A DNA stretch of 64,000 nt from Candidatus Latescibacterota bacterium (GTDB taxonomy: Bacteria > Latescibacterota > UBA2968 > UBA8231). The position numbers were made by a program, and so were the translations under genes. This document shows positions 53,332 to 63,480 of this stretch, piece after piece; the stretch's first letter is position 1, and each line of letters starts with the position of its first letter. Where the stretch lies: NCBI GenBank assembly GCA_963422735.1, contig OY730476.1, positions 3,072,001 through 3,136,000 of the forward strand, read 5' to 3'. Below the pieces are notes generated by a model, which saw only the letters and a program-made list of their open reading frames with translations, made no database searches and was not told the DNA's origin.

Positions 53332-54933
53332 CTAATCGGCCAGATACCGGCGGATGGCATTTGCCGTGATCTTGGACACCGCCTCATCCACCAAAATGGA
53401 AGCCGGCCAGCAGATGGAGCCCACTGAAAAGACGGCACCACCGCTGGCGGTCGTGTGCTCGACGATCTCGGCACCGCCTTCGTCCGGGTTGAGCCCCTTG
53501 GCCAACAGCCGCGTATTGGCCGGCGACTGCGGCGATATTTTGTCGGTTTCGTGGCCCGAGGCCCCGCCTGGCACGCGCTGATGCAGGCTTTTTTCGCCGA
53601 ATACATCGCCATTTTTCAGGCCCGTTCCCGCAAAACACCAGTGGGCATCATCTAACACCCGATAAGGTGCGGCAGTCATTATGCCGCTGAAGGAAAAGAC
53701 CACGCCCAATAAATTGGCCTCTGATTCCACCCGCCGGTCAAAGCGGCTCTCGTACACCCGCTCGTCCGCGGCGATTTGGGGTTCGGAATGGCTCCAGTTG
53801 GTATTGTGGTACACGATGCGGTGGTCGTCGAGGAATTCGACTTCGCAGTTGAGTCCGTTCCCGCCTAAGTACAGCAAGCGCCCGCCACGCTCAAAGACCC
53901 AATGCTTGAGCCGGAAGTACATCTCCTTGGACCAGTACTCGGGGTGGGTGCTAATCACCAGCACTTTGTACTGGTCGAGCGGCACTTGGTCAAAGTGGAA
54001 TTGCGTCTCCCCGTACAAGTCGTAATCAATGCCCTGGTGCTCCATCCAGCCGAACAAACGCCATTCGGCCGCGGCCATGTGGCAGCCCTGGCGGCCGGCA
54101 ATAGGATCGGCCAGACCCTCGTTCTCGTCGATGTGGTTGTACGGATCGGGCCGTTCCAGTGACAGTGGCGCGTACGTCGCCGCATTGTACGTGCGGTGCT
54201 CTTTTTCGGTGTAACGCTTTAGTTCGAGGCGTGCGTTGATTGTCGGCGTTGGAGGAAAGCAATCGGCGTGGATGTAGTTGCTGCGGCCGCCAAAGCTATT
54301 GTACGCGTTCCAGTTGATATCCGCGGCCAGCACCGCCACCGGTGCCGTTGGTTGGGTCGGTGCCACGATCCAGGGAAAGGAAAAGAAGTGCCCTTCCTTG
54401 TCGCGGGCGTGCATGTAGTACAGCCCCGAGCGCTGGGGAGCCTCGACGAATTGGCTCAGCGCGTTGCGGTGGTACCCGTACTTATTCCACTGTACGCCAG
54501 TCTGGGTGTAATCGCCGTCGGGCGTGATCTGCATATTGGCCCGCGGCCCGTGCTCGTCAAAAGTGCCGATGCGGCGGATAAACTCCTTTTCGGTGCCGTA
54601 GCGCCACAGTTCCAGTTCGTACTCGACCACTCCATGCACTCGGAATTCGGCCCGTTCCCCGCCGCGTACGCATTTGGGCCACATATAGCCCAGCAACCCG
54701 TCCGACAATAGGCGAAATTGGTATGGCCGGTCTTGCCGCACCTCCATGCGCACGATCTTTGAACCGTGGCCCGGCCCACCGAGGACGACCTCGTACTCCC
54801 CAGGTTCGATATCCGCGTACACTGCGCCCGAAATGGTTGAGCGCGTCGTTGCAACTTGGCCGGCGCGGCGAAACTCGAACAGCATATCGGCCAAGGCGAC
54901 ATAGCGTTCATTGCTGACATATCCGACGAGCAT
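53332..54933 (-). CDS. N,N-dimethylformamidase beta-subunit family protein
   Basis: SGLY, W.AYN.FGG.S.Y, HPEYWS, YLGGN, GHETD, VFSVGSI.W. Confidence 0.8.
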   Translation of the reverse strand: MLVGYVSNERYVALADMLFEFRRAGQVATTRSTISGAVYADIEPGEYEVVLGGPGHGSKIVRMEVRQDRPYQFRLLSDGLLGYMWPKCVRGGERAEFRVHGVVEYELELWRYGTEKEFIRRIGTFDEHGPRANMQITPDGDYTQTGVQWNKYGYHRNALSQFVEAPQRSGLYYMHARDKEGHFFSFPWIVAPTQPTAPVAVLAADINWNAYNSFGGRSNYIHADCFPPTPTINARLELKRYTEKEHRTYNAATYAPLSLERPDPYNHIDENEGLADPIAGRQGCHMAAAEWRLFGWMEHQGIDYDLYGETQFHFDQVPLDQYKVLVISTHPEYWSKEMYFRLKHWVFERGGRLLYLGGNGLNCEVEFLDDHRIVYHNTNWSHSEPQIAADERVYESRFDRRVESEANLLGVVFSFSGIMTAAPYRVLDDAHWCFAGTGLKNGDVFGEKSLHQRVPGGASGHETDKISPQSPANTRLLAKGLNPDEGGAEIVEHTTASGGAVFSVGSICWPASILVDEAVSKITANAIRRYLAD

Positions 54934-54973
54934 GTCCGTCCTCCCAATTAGGTGTGAAGCGTTGCGTCAGTTC

Positions 54974-55156
54974 TCAACTTGTCCCTTTGTCGTGCCACAA
55001 CATGGGTGCTCCTCTCCTACGCCAAAAAATCGCCGAATTCGACGCGGGCCTCGGGGTTGGTATCGGCCAAAGCGGCGATTTGAGTTGGCTGTTCGGCGAC
55101 GCCGAGCCAGCCGCGGGTATGCACCCGGGCGATGATGGCGGTGCGGTATGGGCCAT
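54974..55156 (-). pseudogene. N-terminal remnant of Gfo/Idh/MocA oxidoreductase
   Basis: SD plus ATG 55156; shifted frame reads YRTAIIA-RVHTRGW...IAALADTNPEAR with the Gly-rich motif missing. Confidence 0.5.
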
Positions 55157-55263
55157 GAAAAACTCCTGTTGGTTTAGACGGATGGTCGCGCTAAGGTGAA
55201 CAATCCCAAGTCTGACGGTATTGGTTGGTGCCTATTTCATTTTTTCACGGCCCACTGTTTGCC

Positions 55264-56028
55264 TCAATCCCAATCGAGTGCCAGACCCGTTGATAGGCGA
55301 AAATCGCTTCCATCCACTCCACTGAGCGGATCGCTATCGCGCCGGAAGATCGCGGACGTAGTCGAGGATAGCGTTTCGGTGATCGACACTTTCAAGACCA
55401 CGTCCCACAAAACGCGATAGTCGTCGAATTGCCGCACCGCGGGCTGCGCGTAGGCCGTTCCCGCTAGCTGGGCTGTTTCACCGAGCTTGATATCCGCCGA
55501 CAAGTAGTTGCTCCAGCGGACGAGAAAGGTCCGAGCCGCGTGGCTGTCTGCCGCTGTGAGCTCATTTTGTTCGTGCTCGAACATCAACGACGAGCCTAGC
55601 CAAAAAGACGACTCGCCAGGGGAGATGAGAGCCCAGCGGATGCCGCCGCCGACAAGGCCGCGAAACTCCAAGCGCCGGGATTGGTCGTAATCAACTTGTC
55701 CGAAGGCTTCTCCATGCAACCGCGAGCCCAAGGCTCGGACATAGCGCAGATGCGCCAGCGCTTCATTGGAAAAGCGCTCCTTGCCCTCCCAGCCGGCATC
55801 GCCTGAGCCGATAAAAATGAACGTGTCCTCGCCGCGGCCGTAATTGAGGGAAAGCTCGGGACCGCATTCGAATAACTCGACATTGCCGGCCCGCAACGTC
55901 AGGTCAATCGCCACGGAACCGAAGAAGCCCGCTTGATCGTCCCGGCGCAGGCTTTCGATATCGACTTGCGCCCACAGGGGATTCGCCAGCCAGACTAGGA
56001 CCGCCAGTAAGAGCCAATAAAGCTTCAT
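55264..56028 (-). CDS. DUF481 outer-membrane beta-barrel protein
   Basis: signal peptide, GN, GGG.R, alternating beta strands, aromatic near C-terminus. Confidence 0.78.
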   Translation of the reverse strand: MKLYWLLLAVLVWLANPLWAQVDIESLRRDDQAGFFGSVAIDLTLRAGNVELFECGPELSLNYGRGEDTFIFIGSGDAGWEGKERFSNEALAHLRYVRALGSRLHGEAFGQVDYDQSRRLEFRGLVGGGIRWALISPGESSFWLGSSLMFEHEQNELTAADSHAARTFLVRWSNYLSADIKLGETAQLAGTAYAQPAVRQFDDYRVLWDVVLKVSITETLSSTTSAIFRRDSDPLSGVDGSDFRLSTGLALDWD

Positions 56029-56148
56029 TGTCTTGGGGTATTAAAGCCCTTGGCGTACGCTAAAAGCGTCAGCTCAATAAGACGCGCTGGGGCGGTTGCG
56101 ACCGGTGTGGCAATTCGATCCCGCGATTGCGTGTCATCCGGCGGATCC

Positions 56149-57324
56149 TCACGACAGCCCCCGCTCGGGATCGACCTCTGCTGTGTAGTCGATGCCCGCA
56201 AAGCCAAAGCCGAAAAGCCCCAGAAATTCCGCGCGATAGCTCTCGATATCGGACAGGGTTTCGAGGTTGTCGGTGTTGACTTGCTCCCACAGCGCAGCGA
56301 CTTCTCGCTGCACATCCGCGCGCATTTCGCGGTCGTCGATGCGGATGCGCCCCTCGGCGTCAGTGGAGACATCTGCATAGAGGCTGTCGGCGAAGAGTCG
56401 GTGCATCTGCTCGATGCAGCTTTCGTGGCAGCCTTTTTCTTTCATTACCTTATATAGCAGCGAGATATAGAGCGGCACGACCGGGATGGCGGCGCTCGAT
56501 TGGGTCACCATGGCCTTGTTAGCGGAGATGTGGGCACTCCCGCTTCTGGCTTGCAGATATTCGTCGAGTGCCTTGGCCGTCCTTTCTAGATGATCCTTCG
56601 CTTGGCCGATGGTCCCATCGCGATAGACTGAGTGGGTAATTTCAGGGCCGATATAGGTATAAGCGACCGTGCGAACGCCGTCGGCGAGCACACCCGCTTC
56701 GTCGAGGGCATTGATCCACATCTGCCAGTCTTCTCCGCCCATGACCGCGATGGTGTGGGCGATTTCTTCCTCGCTCGCCGGGTCGATGGCGATGTCGGAA
56801 ACTTCGCCGGTCTGGATGTGGACGGTCTTGCTGGTATAGGAACCGCCGATGGGTTTGAGGACGGAGCTAAAATTTTCGCCGGTGCGCGGATGAGTCCGCC
56901 GGGGCGAGGCTAAGCTGTAAATGACCAAATCGACTTCTTGCAGATCCTCGCGGATGGCGGCGGTTGTCTCGGCCTTGATCTCGTCGGAGAAGGCATCGCC
57001 GTTGATGCTGCGAGCGTAGTGTCCGGCGTTGTGTGCCGCCTCGTGAAAGGCCATGCTATTATACCACCCGGCCGTTGCCGTGCGACGTGCGGCTGCTGGC
57101 CGCTCGAAGAAGACTCCGAGCGTGGCCGCACCCGAGCCAAAGCAGGTGGCGATGCGCGACGCCAGCCCATAGCCGGTCGAGGCCCCGACGACGAGGACTT
57201 TCTTGGGGCCGTGGAAGGGGGGTTGGCGTTTGACCCAGTCGATCTGGTCTTGGACTGCGCGGGCGCAGCCGTCGGGATGGGCCGTAGTGCATATAAAACC
57301 GCGGATTTTGGGTTGGATGATCAT
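56149..57324 (-). CDS. fabV: enoyl-ACP/trans-2-enoyl-CoA reductase FabV
   Basis: P..RGFIC..AHP.GC, GASTGYGLASRI, TAGWYN, YSLASP, VMGGEDW. Confidence 0.95.
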   Translation of the reverse strand: MIIQPKIRGFICTTAHPDGCARAVQDQIDWVKRQPPFHGPKKVLVVGASTGYGLASRIATCFGSGAATLGVFFERPAAARRTATAGWYNSMAFHEAAHNAGHYARSINGDAFSDEIKAETTAAIREDLQEVDLVIYSLASPRRTHPRTGENFSSVLKPIGGSYTSKTVHIQTGEVSDIAIDPASEEEIAHTIAVMGGEDWQMWINALDEAGVLADGVRTVAYTYIGPEITHSVYRDGTIGQAKDHLERTAKALDEYLQARSGSAHISANKAMVTQSSAAIPVVPLYISLLYKVMKEKGCHESCIEQMHRLFADSLYADVSTDAEGRIRIDDREMRADVQREVAALWEQVNTDNLETLSDIESYRAEFLGLFGFGFAGIDYTAEVDPERGLS

Positions 57325-57478
57325 GGGATTTCCTTGGGTTAAGCAAGTTAATAATGGCTCGCGCTGCGGTCGGGCGCAAATGATCCGCTCGGCGGTCCTG
57401 TTTCGGCGGAATAGTTATATTTGCAGTTTAAGAAGAGCGCATCGCCGCTGCCAAACGCAGGCGTTGGAAGGATAACTA

Positions 57479-58237
57479 ATGAATATAAGTCGGCTCGGTT
57501 TTTTGCTTGCGTTGCAGGTGCTTTGCGCGTCCCTAAGTGCGGCGCAGGACACTGCGCCTGCCGCGCAAGCTCTACTGGAGCGTTTCGATCGGATGTACAA
57601 GTCCACGGGCACGGCGGCGCGAATTGAGGTTGAAATCGTGCGCCCGAACAAGACGCGGAAGATGCAGATGCGCACTTGGAGCCAAGGCGAAGACAAAGCC
57701 CTGATCGTGGTTGACGCGCCCGTCCGCGATGCGGGCACCGCCACACTGCGAATCGGTCGCAATCTCTGGAACTTTCTGCCCAAAATCTCGCGTACGATCC
57801 GCGTATCTCCGGCGCTGATGCTGGGCGCGTGGATGGGCAGCGACCTGACCAACGACGACTTGGTGCGCGATTCGTCTTACGCCCGCGATTACTCAGTGGT
57901 CGGGAGCGGCCCGAGCGAGGAGCCGTTGGGCTGGCAGGTAGATCTACAGGCCAAGCCCGAGGTGCCGGGTTTATGGGAGCGGGTGGAGGTGGTATTTTTG
58001 CGGGAAGAGGAGGTCCCCATACTCGTGCGCTATTTTGACCGCAAGGGGCGGCTCTCGCGCACCATGCGGCTGGAAGAGATCAAAAAGATAGGGAGCCGGC
58101 TGATACCCACCCGCATTGCGGTCTCGCCCGAGCGCGATGCGGGCCGGCGCACCGTGCTGACCTATTTGCACGTAGAGTTCGATATCGAGCTGGACGAGCG
58201 GCTTTTTAGCTTGGCAGCACTGGAACGCAGGCGTTAG
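57479..58237 (+). CDS. LolA-like outer membrane lipoprotein-sorting protein
   Basis: signal peptide, P..D.G..TL, W..LP...R, WMGSD.T.DD. Confidence 0.82.
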   Translation: MNISRLGFLLALQVLCASLSAAQDTAPAAQALLERFDRMYKSTGTAARIEVEIVRPNKTRKMQMRTWSQGEDKALIVVDAPVRDAGTATLRIGRNLWNFLPKISRTIRVSPALMLGAWMGSDLTNDDLVRDSSYARDYSVVGSGPSEEPLGWQVDLQAKPEVPGLWERVEVVFLREEEVPILVRYFDRKGRLSRTMRLEEIKKIGSRLIPTRIAVSPERDAGRRTVLTYLHVEFDIELDERLFSLAALERRR

Positions 58238-59476
58238 ATGGCTGAAAACAGCACACTGCACATGGCTTGGCGCGGCTTGGGCCGCAACCGCAAGCGCTCG
58301 GCCTTGGCCGTTGCGGCGATTGGGCTGGGGCAGTTTGCATTCCTAGCCACGGCCGGGATCATGCGAGGCTATGCCGACCACTATTTTGATTCGGTCACCG
58401 GCCCATTGGTGGGCCATGTGCAGATCATAGCTCCGGGCTGGCGCGAGGATCGGGCTGTAGATCAGACGCTAAAGGATGTGGGGAGTATGCTCGATGCCAT
58501 GGGCGAGATGCCGCAAGTTGCGCGGGCCGTGCCGAGGGTGTACGCGCCCGTGCTGGTTGCGCTGGCAGAGGAAGGCTTTGTGGGCATGATCGTCGGGGTG
58601 GACTCGGTGCTCGATGCCGACGCGCGCGGGCTGTTGGGCAGACCGGATCTCGGCGGCCTATTGGGGAACGGCCGGGTGCTGGTGGGCAAGGGCTTGGCGC
58701 GTCAGCACGGCATTGAGGCCGGCGCAGATCTGGCTGTAGTGGGCCAAGACGTGGATGGCTCTATTGCCAGCGCGTTGTACGAGGTGGCGGCGGTTGTCGA
58801 ATCGCCGGTCGATTTGGTCAACAGCACCGGCATTGTCGCCGGCCTGCAAGACGCCCGTACGCTCTTGCGGCTGGGGGACGAAGCGCACGAGATCGTCGTC
58901 CGCTTGCACGAGGCCGAGCAAGTGGACCAGACCACAGCCGAGATCGGGACACAGCCCGCACTTCAGGGGACGGAGATCAAGCCTTGGCAGGAGGTCGTGC
59001 CACAGCTAGCCGGGATCATCAACATGATGGACATGTACTTGCTAGTGGTTTTGGGGATAGTCTGCTTGGCCTCGATCGCCGGTACTGTCAATACCATGCT
59101 AATGTCCACATTTGAGCGCCGCCGAGAGCTGGGGATGCTGTTGGCGCTGGGCGCGAGCGCGGGCCGACTGGTGAGGATGGTAGCGACCGAGGCCGTGCTT
59201 TTGGGCGTTTTGGGCCTGGCGCTGGGTACGGCACTGGGCGCGGGTTTTGCGGGGTTGACGGCCGAGTCGGGGTTTGACCTTGCCGAGTTGGGCGGCGAGG
59301 AGCCGTTTGAAATGGGGTTCCAAGGTGTGCAGGTGGCCTCGCGGGTCTACCCCCAAGTGCGCGGGCGCGATGTGTTGGCCGGCGTGTCGGCGGTGCTGGT
59401 GACGGCCTTGGCCTCCTGCATCTGGCCGATGATGCACATTGCGCGATTGGAGCCAATGGAGGCTATGCGAGCATGA
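58238..59476 (+). CDS. FtsX/MacB/LolC-type ABC permease
   Basis: AWR.L.RN..RS, ERRRE.G.L.ALG, L.P.EAMR. Confidence 0.88.
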   Translation: MAENSTLHMAWRGLGRNRKRSALAVAAIGLGQFAFLATAGIMRGYADHYFDSVTGPLVGHVQIIAPGWREDRAVDQTLKDVGSMLDAMGEMPQVARAVPRVYAPVLVALAEEGFVGMIVGVDSVLDADARGLLGRPDLGGLLGNGRVLVGKGLARQHGIEAGADLAVVGQDVDGSIASALYEVAAVVESPVDLVNSTGIVAGLQDARTLLRLGDEAHEIVVRLHEAEQVDQTTAEIGTQPALQGTEIKPWQEVVPQLAGIINMMDMYLLVVLGIVCLASIAGTVNTMLMSTFERRRELGMLLALGASAGRLVRMVATEAVLLGVLGLALGTALGAGFAGLTAESGFDLAELGGEEPFEMGFQGVQVASRVYPQVRGRDVLAGVSAVLVTALASCIWPMMHIARLEPMEAMRA

Positions 59477-60711
59477 GCGGGCATATAGCGGCCCAATACG
59501 CCTTGCGCTCGCTGGGACGCAGTCGGCGACGGACCGCCCTGTCCATCATGGGTGTGGGTCTAGGGTGCGCGATTGCGGTCTTTGCCACGGCCTTTATGCG
59601 CGGCGGCCAAACCCTGCGGGAGCGCGCCATTTCCGAAAGCGGATATGGTCACCTGCGGATCGCCCCCGAGGGTTGGGGGCAGAGCCGGCGCGACGAGTTG
59701 CGCCTGCAGGACCCGGAGGCCGCGCTTGCGGCGGCGCGCAGGCTCGAAGGCGTGGCCATAGCCGCCGCGCATGTGCGAGTACAGGGACTGTTGGCCTTTG
59801 GTACGCGCGTGGCCGGGGTCCAAATTCTGGGGGTGGATCCTGTTGCTGAGCCGCAGCTCAACAGGCTGGTACGCACCATGGCCGAGGGCCGTTACTTGCA
59901 ACCGGGCGACGAGGGCGCGGTGGTCTTGGGCCGAGCACTGGTCGAGCAATTGGATGTTGAATTGGGAGATGATTTGTTGTTGACTTTGGCGCGCGCTGAC
60001 GGGGAACTAGAATACGCGATGTTGCGGATCGTCGGGATCGTATCCACGGGCAGCCGGACGATGGACGCGGCCATCTGCCACGCGACCCTTGCCGATGTCG
60101 AGCGGATGACGGGCTTAGAGGGCGCGGCAGAGGTGTCCGTAGCGTTCGCCGACCCGCAACGGATAGCTGCACTGTCGGCCGAGTTGGCGCAACGGGTGCA
60201 GGGCGACGAAGTGCTGAGTTGGCGCGACGTCCTGCCGGCAATGGGCGGCGACGCGGCTGCCGACGCAGCTTTTTCCAATATGCTTATTGCGATCGTGGTC
60301 GCGGTGGTGATCTTGGGAGTGACGAGCGCACAGCTAACGGCCATGTTGGAAAGGAGGCGCGAGTTTGCCGTGCTTATGGCGCTGGGCCTGCCGGGCACCA
60401 AGCTCGTGGGTTTGGTGCTTTTCGAGGCCGTGCTGATGGGGGTGCTCGGGGCATGCTCGGGGCTGTTGCTGGTGTCGCCGCTGGTATGGCACACGGCGAC
60501 GGCTGGGGTCGATTTTTCCGGGATGATGGGCGACAGCATGGCGATTACAGGGGTCTTTTTCGACCCGATAATCTACGCGGATATGGGGCTATGGATGGTG
60601 CCCTACGCCTTGTGCGTGGGGCTTTCGGCAACGCTTTTGGCCGCCCTGTATCCGGCGTGGTCGGCCACGCGCCAGGATCCGGCGGCGACATTAAGCCTGC
60701 GGGGAGGGTGA
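59473..60711 (+). CDS. FtsX/MacB/LolC-type ABC permease
   Basis: R.L.R..RRT, ERRREFA.L.ALG, YPA. Confidence 0.88.
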   Translation: MSGHIAAQYALRSLGRSRRRTALSIMGVGLGCAIAVFATAFMRGGQTLRERAISESGYGHLRIAPEGWGQSRRDELRLQDPEAALAAARRLEGVAIAAAHVRVQGLLAFGTRVAGVQILGVDPVAEPQLNRLVRTMAEGRYLQPGDEGAVVLGRALVEQLDVELGDDLLLTLARADGELEYAMLRIVGIVSTGSRTMDAAICHATLADVERMTGLEGAAEVSVAFADPQRIAALSAELAQRVQGDEVLSWRDVLPAMGGDAAADAAFSNMLIAIVVAVVILGVTSAQLTAMLERRREFAVLMALGLPGTKLVGLVLFEAVLMGVLGACSGLLLVSPLVWHTATAGVDFSGMMGDSMAITGVFFDPIIYADMGLWMVPYALCVGLSATLLAALYPAWSATRQDPAATLSLRGG

Positions 60712-60712
60712 A

Positions 60713-61414
60713 ATGGCCGACGTGCTGGTAGCCGCCCAAGGCGTGAAAAAGGTGTTTCAGGCCGAGGCCATTGCAGTAGAAGCCCTGCGCGGGGTGGATC
60801 TCGAAATAGGTAGCGGGGGGTTCATGGCAATAGTCGGCCCGAGCGGCAGCGGTAAGACGACCCTGCTCAATCTAATTGGCGCACTCGACGTGCCCACTGG
60901 CGGGCGGATCGCGCTCTTTGGCCGCGACTTGGCCACCCTGAGCCGAGGCGAGCGGGCCGCGATCAGGCTCCGGTCTTTGGGGTTTGTGTTCCAAGCCTAC
61001 AACTTGGTGCCCGTGTTGACGGCGCAGGAGAACGTGGAGTTCGTGCTGGAACTACAGGGCATGGAGAAGAAGAAGCGGAGAGCGCTGGCCGAGGCGACCT
61101 TGGCCGAGTTGGGGCTGGCCGCGCTCGCCCACCGGCGGCCCAGCCAGATGTCGGGCGGCCAGCAGCAGAGAGTGGCCGTAGCACGGGCCGTGGCCTCGCG
61201 TCCGGCCTTGGTGCTGGCCGACGAGCCTACGGCCAACCTCGACAGCGACAACGCGCAGGCCCTTTTGCAGATGATGCGACGGCTCAGGGACGAGAGGGGC
61301 ATGGCATTTGTTTTTTCGACGCACGATCCTTTGGTGGTCTCCTATGCCTCGCGGGTGGTGACCTTGCACGACGGCCAGGTCCTGAGCGACGAGCGCAAGG
61401 CAGCAACGCGCTAG
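60713..61414 (+). CDS. LolD-like ABC ATP-binding protein
   Basis: GPSGSGKTT, MSGGQQQRVA, LADEPT. Confidence 0.93.
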   Translation: MADVLVAAQGVKKVFQAEAIAVEALRGVDLEIGSGGFMAIVGPSGSGKTTLLNLIGALDVPTGGRIALFGRDLATLSRGERAAIRLRSLGFVFQAYNLVPVLTAQENVEFVLELQGMEKKKRRALAEATLAELGLAALAHRRPSQMSGGQQQRVAVARAVASRPALVLADEPTANLDSDNAQALLQMMRRLRDERGMAFVFSTHDPLVVSYASRVVTLHDGQVLSDERKAATR

Positions 61415-61420
61415 CGGGCC

Positions 61421-62617
61421 ATGCGGGTGGCCTTGGCGGTCCTCTTGGCGGCGCAACCCGCAGTTGGCGTCAGCTTGTGGTCGAGTGCGGACGGGGATCG
61501 GTACTGGGCACTGGATACCGCGCTGAAGTGGACCTCGCTCTTGTCGCATGCCCCCGGATGGAGCGCGGCTGCGCTGGGCCGGGGGCGGCTGACGCTAAGG
61601 GGCCAAACAGCCGGGGATCTGCACGTGCGCTTGGCGTACGAGCAACGGGCGCGGGTGCGGTCCGCTGGAGACAGCCGGTACGCGGGTATATTGGTGCCGG
61701 AAGGGCACGCGCCGTATCGGATCAAGCAGCTCGACGAGGCGTTGGCGACGAGGGGCGCGACCTTTGCCTATCGGCACGAACTGGACCGTGTGCTCGTTGC
61801 TTGGCACTTGGGGCCGAGCGAGTTGCAGATTGGCCGCCAGGCCATTGGGTGGGGGCGCGGTGTACTCTTTGGCGCAGTGGACATCTTCGCGCCGTTTAAT
61901 CCCTTAGAGAGCGATCGCGAATGGCGGCGCGGCGTTGATGCGCTGCGCCTTTCCACGCCAATTGCGGATTATTTTTCGCTGGACGCGGTGGCTGCCTTTG
62001 GCTCGTCGCTTGACGAATCGGCCTTTGTCGGCCGGCTCTACGGCCACGTTAACGCACTCGACGGAGCGTTGCTGTTCGGCCGCCGCCGCCGCGATCTCTT
62101 TGCTGGGACAGCGGTGTCCACACGGGTTAAAGGTGCTGAAATGCACGGCGAATTGGCGTTGTTCAAGACCCCGGCAGCGGGCGAATTTGCGCTCAAGGCC
62201 CTTTTGGGCGGCTCGTACGCGTGGGATGCCCAGGGCGGCCTGTTGCTCATAGGCGAGTATCACTTCTCGGGCTTTGGGGTCGGGCACATTGCAAACCTGG
62301 GCGTGCGCCTCTTAGACGAGACGTACCGCTCCCGTCTGCTTGGAGGCGACGCTCAGATTTTGGGACGACACGCCGGGGCCTTGCAGCTATCGCAGGGGAT
62401 CACCGGTGCCTTGCCGCTGACGATGGGCTGGCTGTTCTCGCCGGTGGATGGCTCAGGGGTGCTAACAGGGTTGGCGACGTGGGCTTTCTCAGATGCGCTG
62501 ACGTTGGCGGTCAACGCGTACTGGCCTTATGGGAAGGAGCCAAGGGGAAGTGCGTTGCAGAGCGAGTACGGGGGCGCGGCCAAGAGCGGGCTGTTACAGG
62601 TTAGTTTTTATTATTAG
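61421..62617 (+). CDS. probable outer-membrane beta-barrel protein
   Basis: signal peptide, DR, GRQ.I.WG, GVDA.R, C-terminal FYY. Confidence 0.72.
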   Translation: MRVALAVLLAAQPAVGVSLWSSADGDRYWALDTALKWTSLLSHAPGWSAAALGRGRLTLRGQTAGDLHVRLAYEQRARVRSAGDSRYAGILVPEGHAPYRIKQLDEALATRGATFAYRHELDRVLVAWHLGPSELQIGRQAIGWGRGVLFGAVDIFAPFNPLESDREWRRGVDALRLSTPIADYFSLDAVAAFGSSLDESAFVGRLYGHVNALDGALLFGRRRRDLFAGTAVSTRVKGAEMHGELALFKTPAAGEFALKALLGGSYAWDAQGGLLLIGEYHFSGFGVGHIANLGVRLLDETYRSRLLGGDAQILGRHAGALQLSQGITGALPLTMGWLFSPVDGSGVLTGLATWAFSDALTLAVNAYWPYGKEPRGSALQSEYGGAAKSGLLQVSFYY

Positions 62618-62754
62618 CGGAACTAGCGGATGTTGCGCTATTTCGTCCCGCATTCCAACCCTAGGTCCGCGCCCGATCCGGCTCCGAGACCCTAGTGCTG
62701 CGTAACATCAGTTATTAGTCGCGTTGGTGGGTTTCTCTTTGCCAAGGAATATGT

Positions 62755-63480
62755 ATGTCGCTTATCACCGTCATTGGCCGCGGCCACTCGGGCACACGCG
62801 CCATGGCGCACACCCTCTATGCTAGCGGTGTTTTTATGGGCCACACGCTCAACCGCTCGGGCGACAAGGTGCCGCCACACACGCTCTATGCAGCCTGCAA
62901 GGTCATGGCTAAATACGTCAAGTGGAAGGGGGGCTTGGAGTGGGATTTCGATGCCCTGCACAGCGAGAAAATCGACCCGGAATTCGAGGACCTGATTGGC
63001 GAATACCTGCAAGACATTGCGGCCGATCGCTCGGAGCACAAGGGTTGGAAGCTGCCCGAGACGACGTTGATTTACCCGTGGATTGTGCGGATGTTTCCCG
63101 ATATCCATTACGTTCACTGGATCCGCGATCCGCGCGACAGCATCATCGGCTGCCACAAGACCGATGACCTAGCGGACTTCGGCATCGAGTGCGAGCGCAC
63201 AGACGGCATCCGACGGAGGCGGGCCATTTCGTGGAAATACCAATACGAACTGATGAAGGCCACGCCCAAACCAAAGAAATGGATGTTGATGCGGTTCGAG
63301 GATTTTGTACTGAAGCAGGAGGAGGTGTTGCGGGAACTGGAGGTGTTTTTGGGGTTTGAGTTGGGCCGGATCGTGGTGCGGCGGGAGTCGATTGGGCGGT
63401 GGAAAACGGACCGAGAGCAGCACATGTTTGACTTTTTTAGGGATGCTATGAACGAAAACGGATACGAGGAGATGCCATGA
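62755..63480 (+). CDS. sulfotransferase family protein
   Basis: GRGHSGT PAPS-loop-like motif, GWKLP, IRDPRD, RFED, IGRW. Confidence 0.78.
   Translation: MSLITVIGRGHSGTRAMAHTLYASGVFMGHTLNRSGDKVPPHTLYAACKVMAKYVKWKGGLEWDFDALHSEKIDPEFEDLIGEYLQDIAADRSEHKGWKLPETTLIYPWIVRMFPDIHYVHWIRDPRDSIIGCHKTDDLADFGIECERTDGIRRRRAISWKYQYELMKATPKPKKWMLMRFEDFVLKQEEVLRELEVFLGFELGRIVVRRESIGRWKTDREQHMFDFFRDAMNENGYEEMP

Noticed and set aside
12455-62715. Isolated IS-end-like motifs near 12456, 40770 and 62692
   Set aside because: Single short ends with no partner repeat or transposase.
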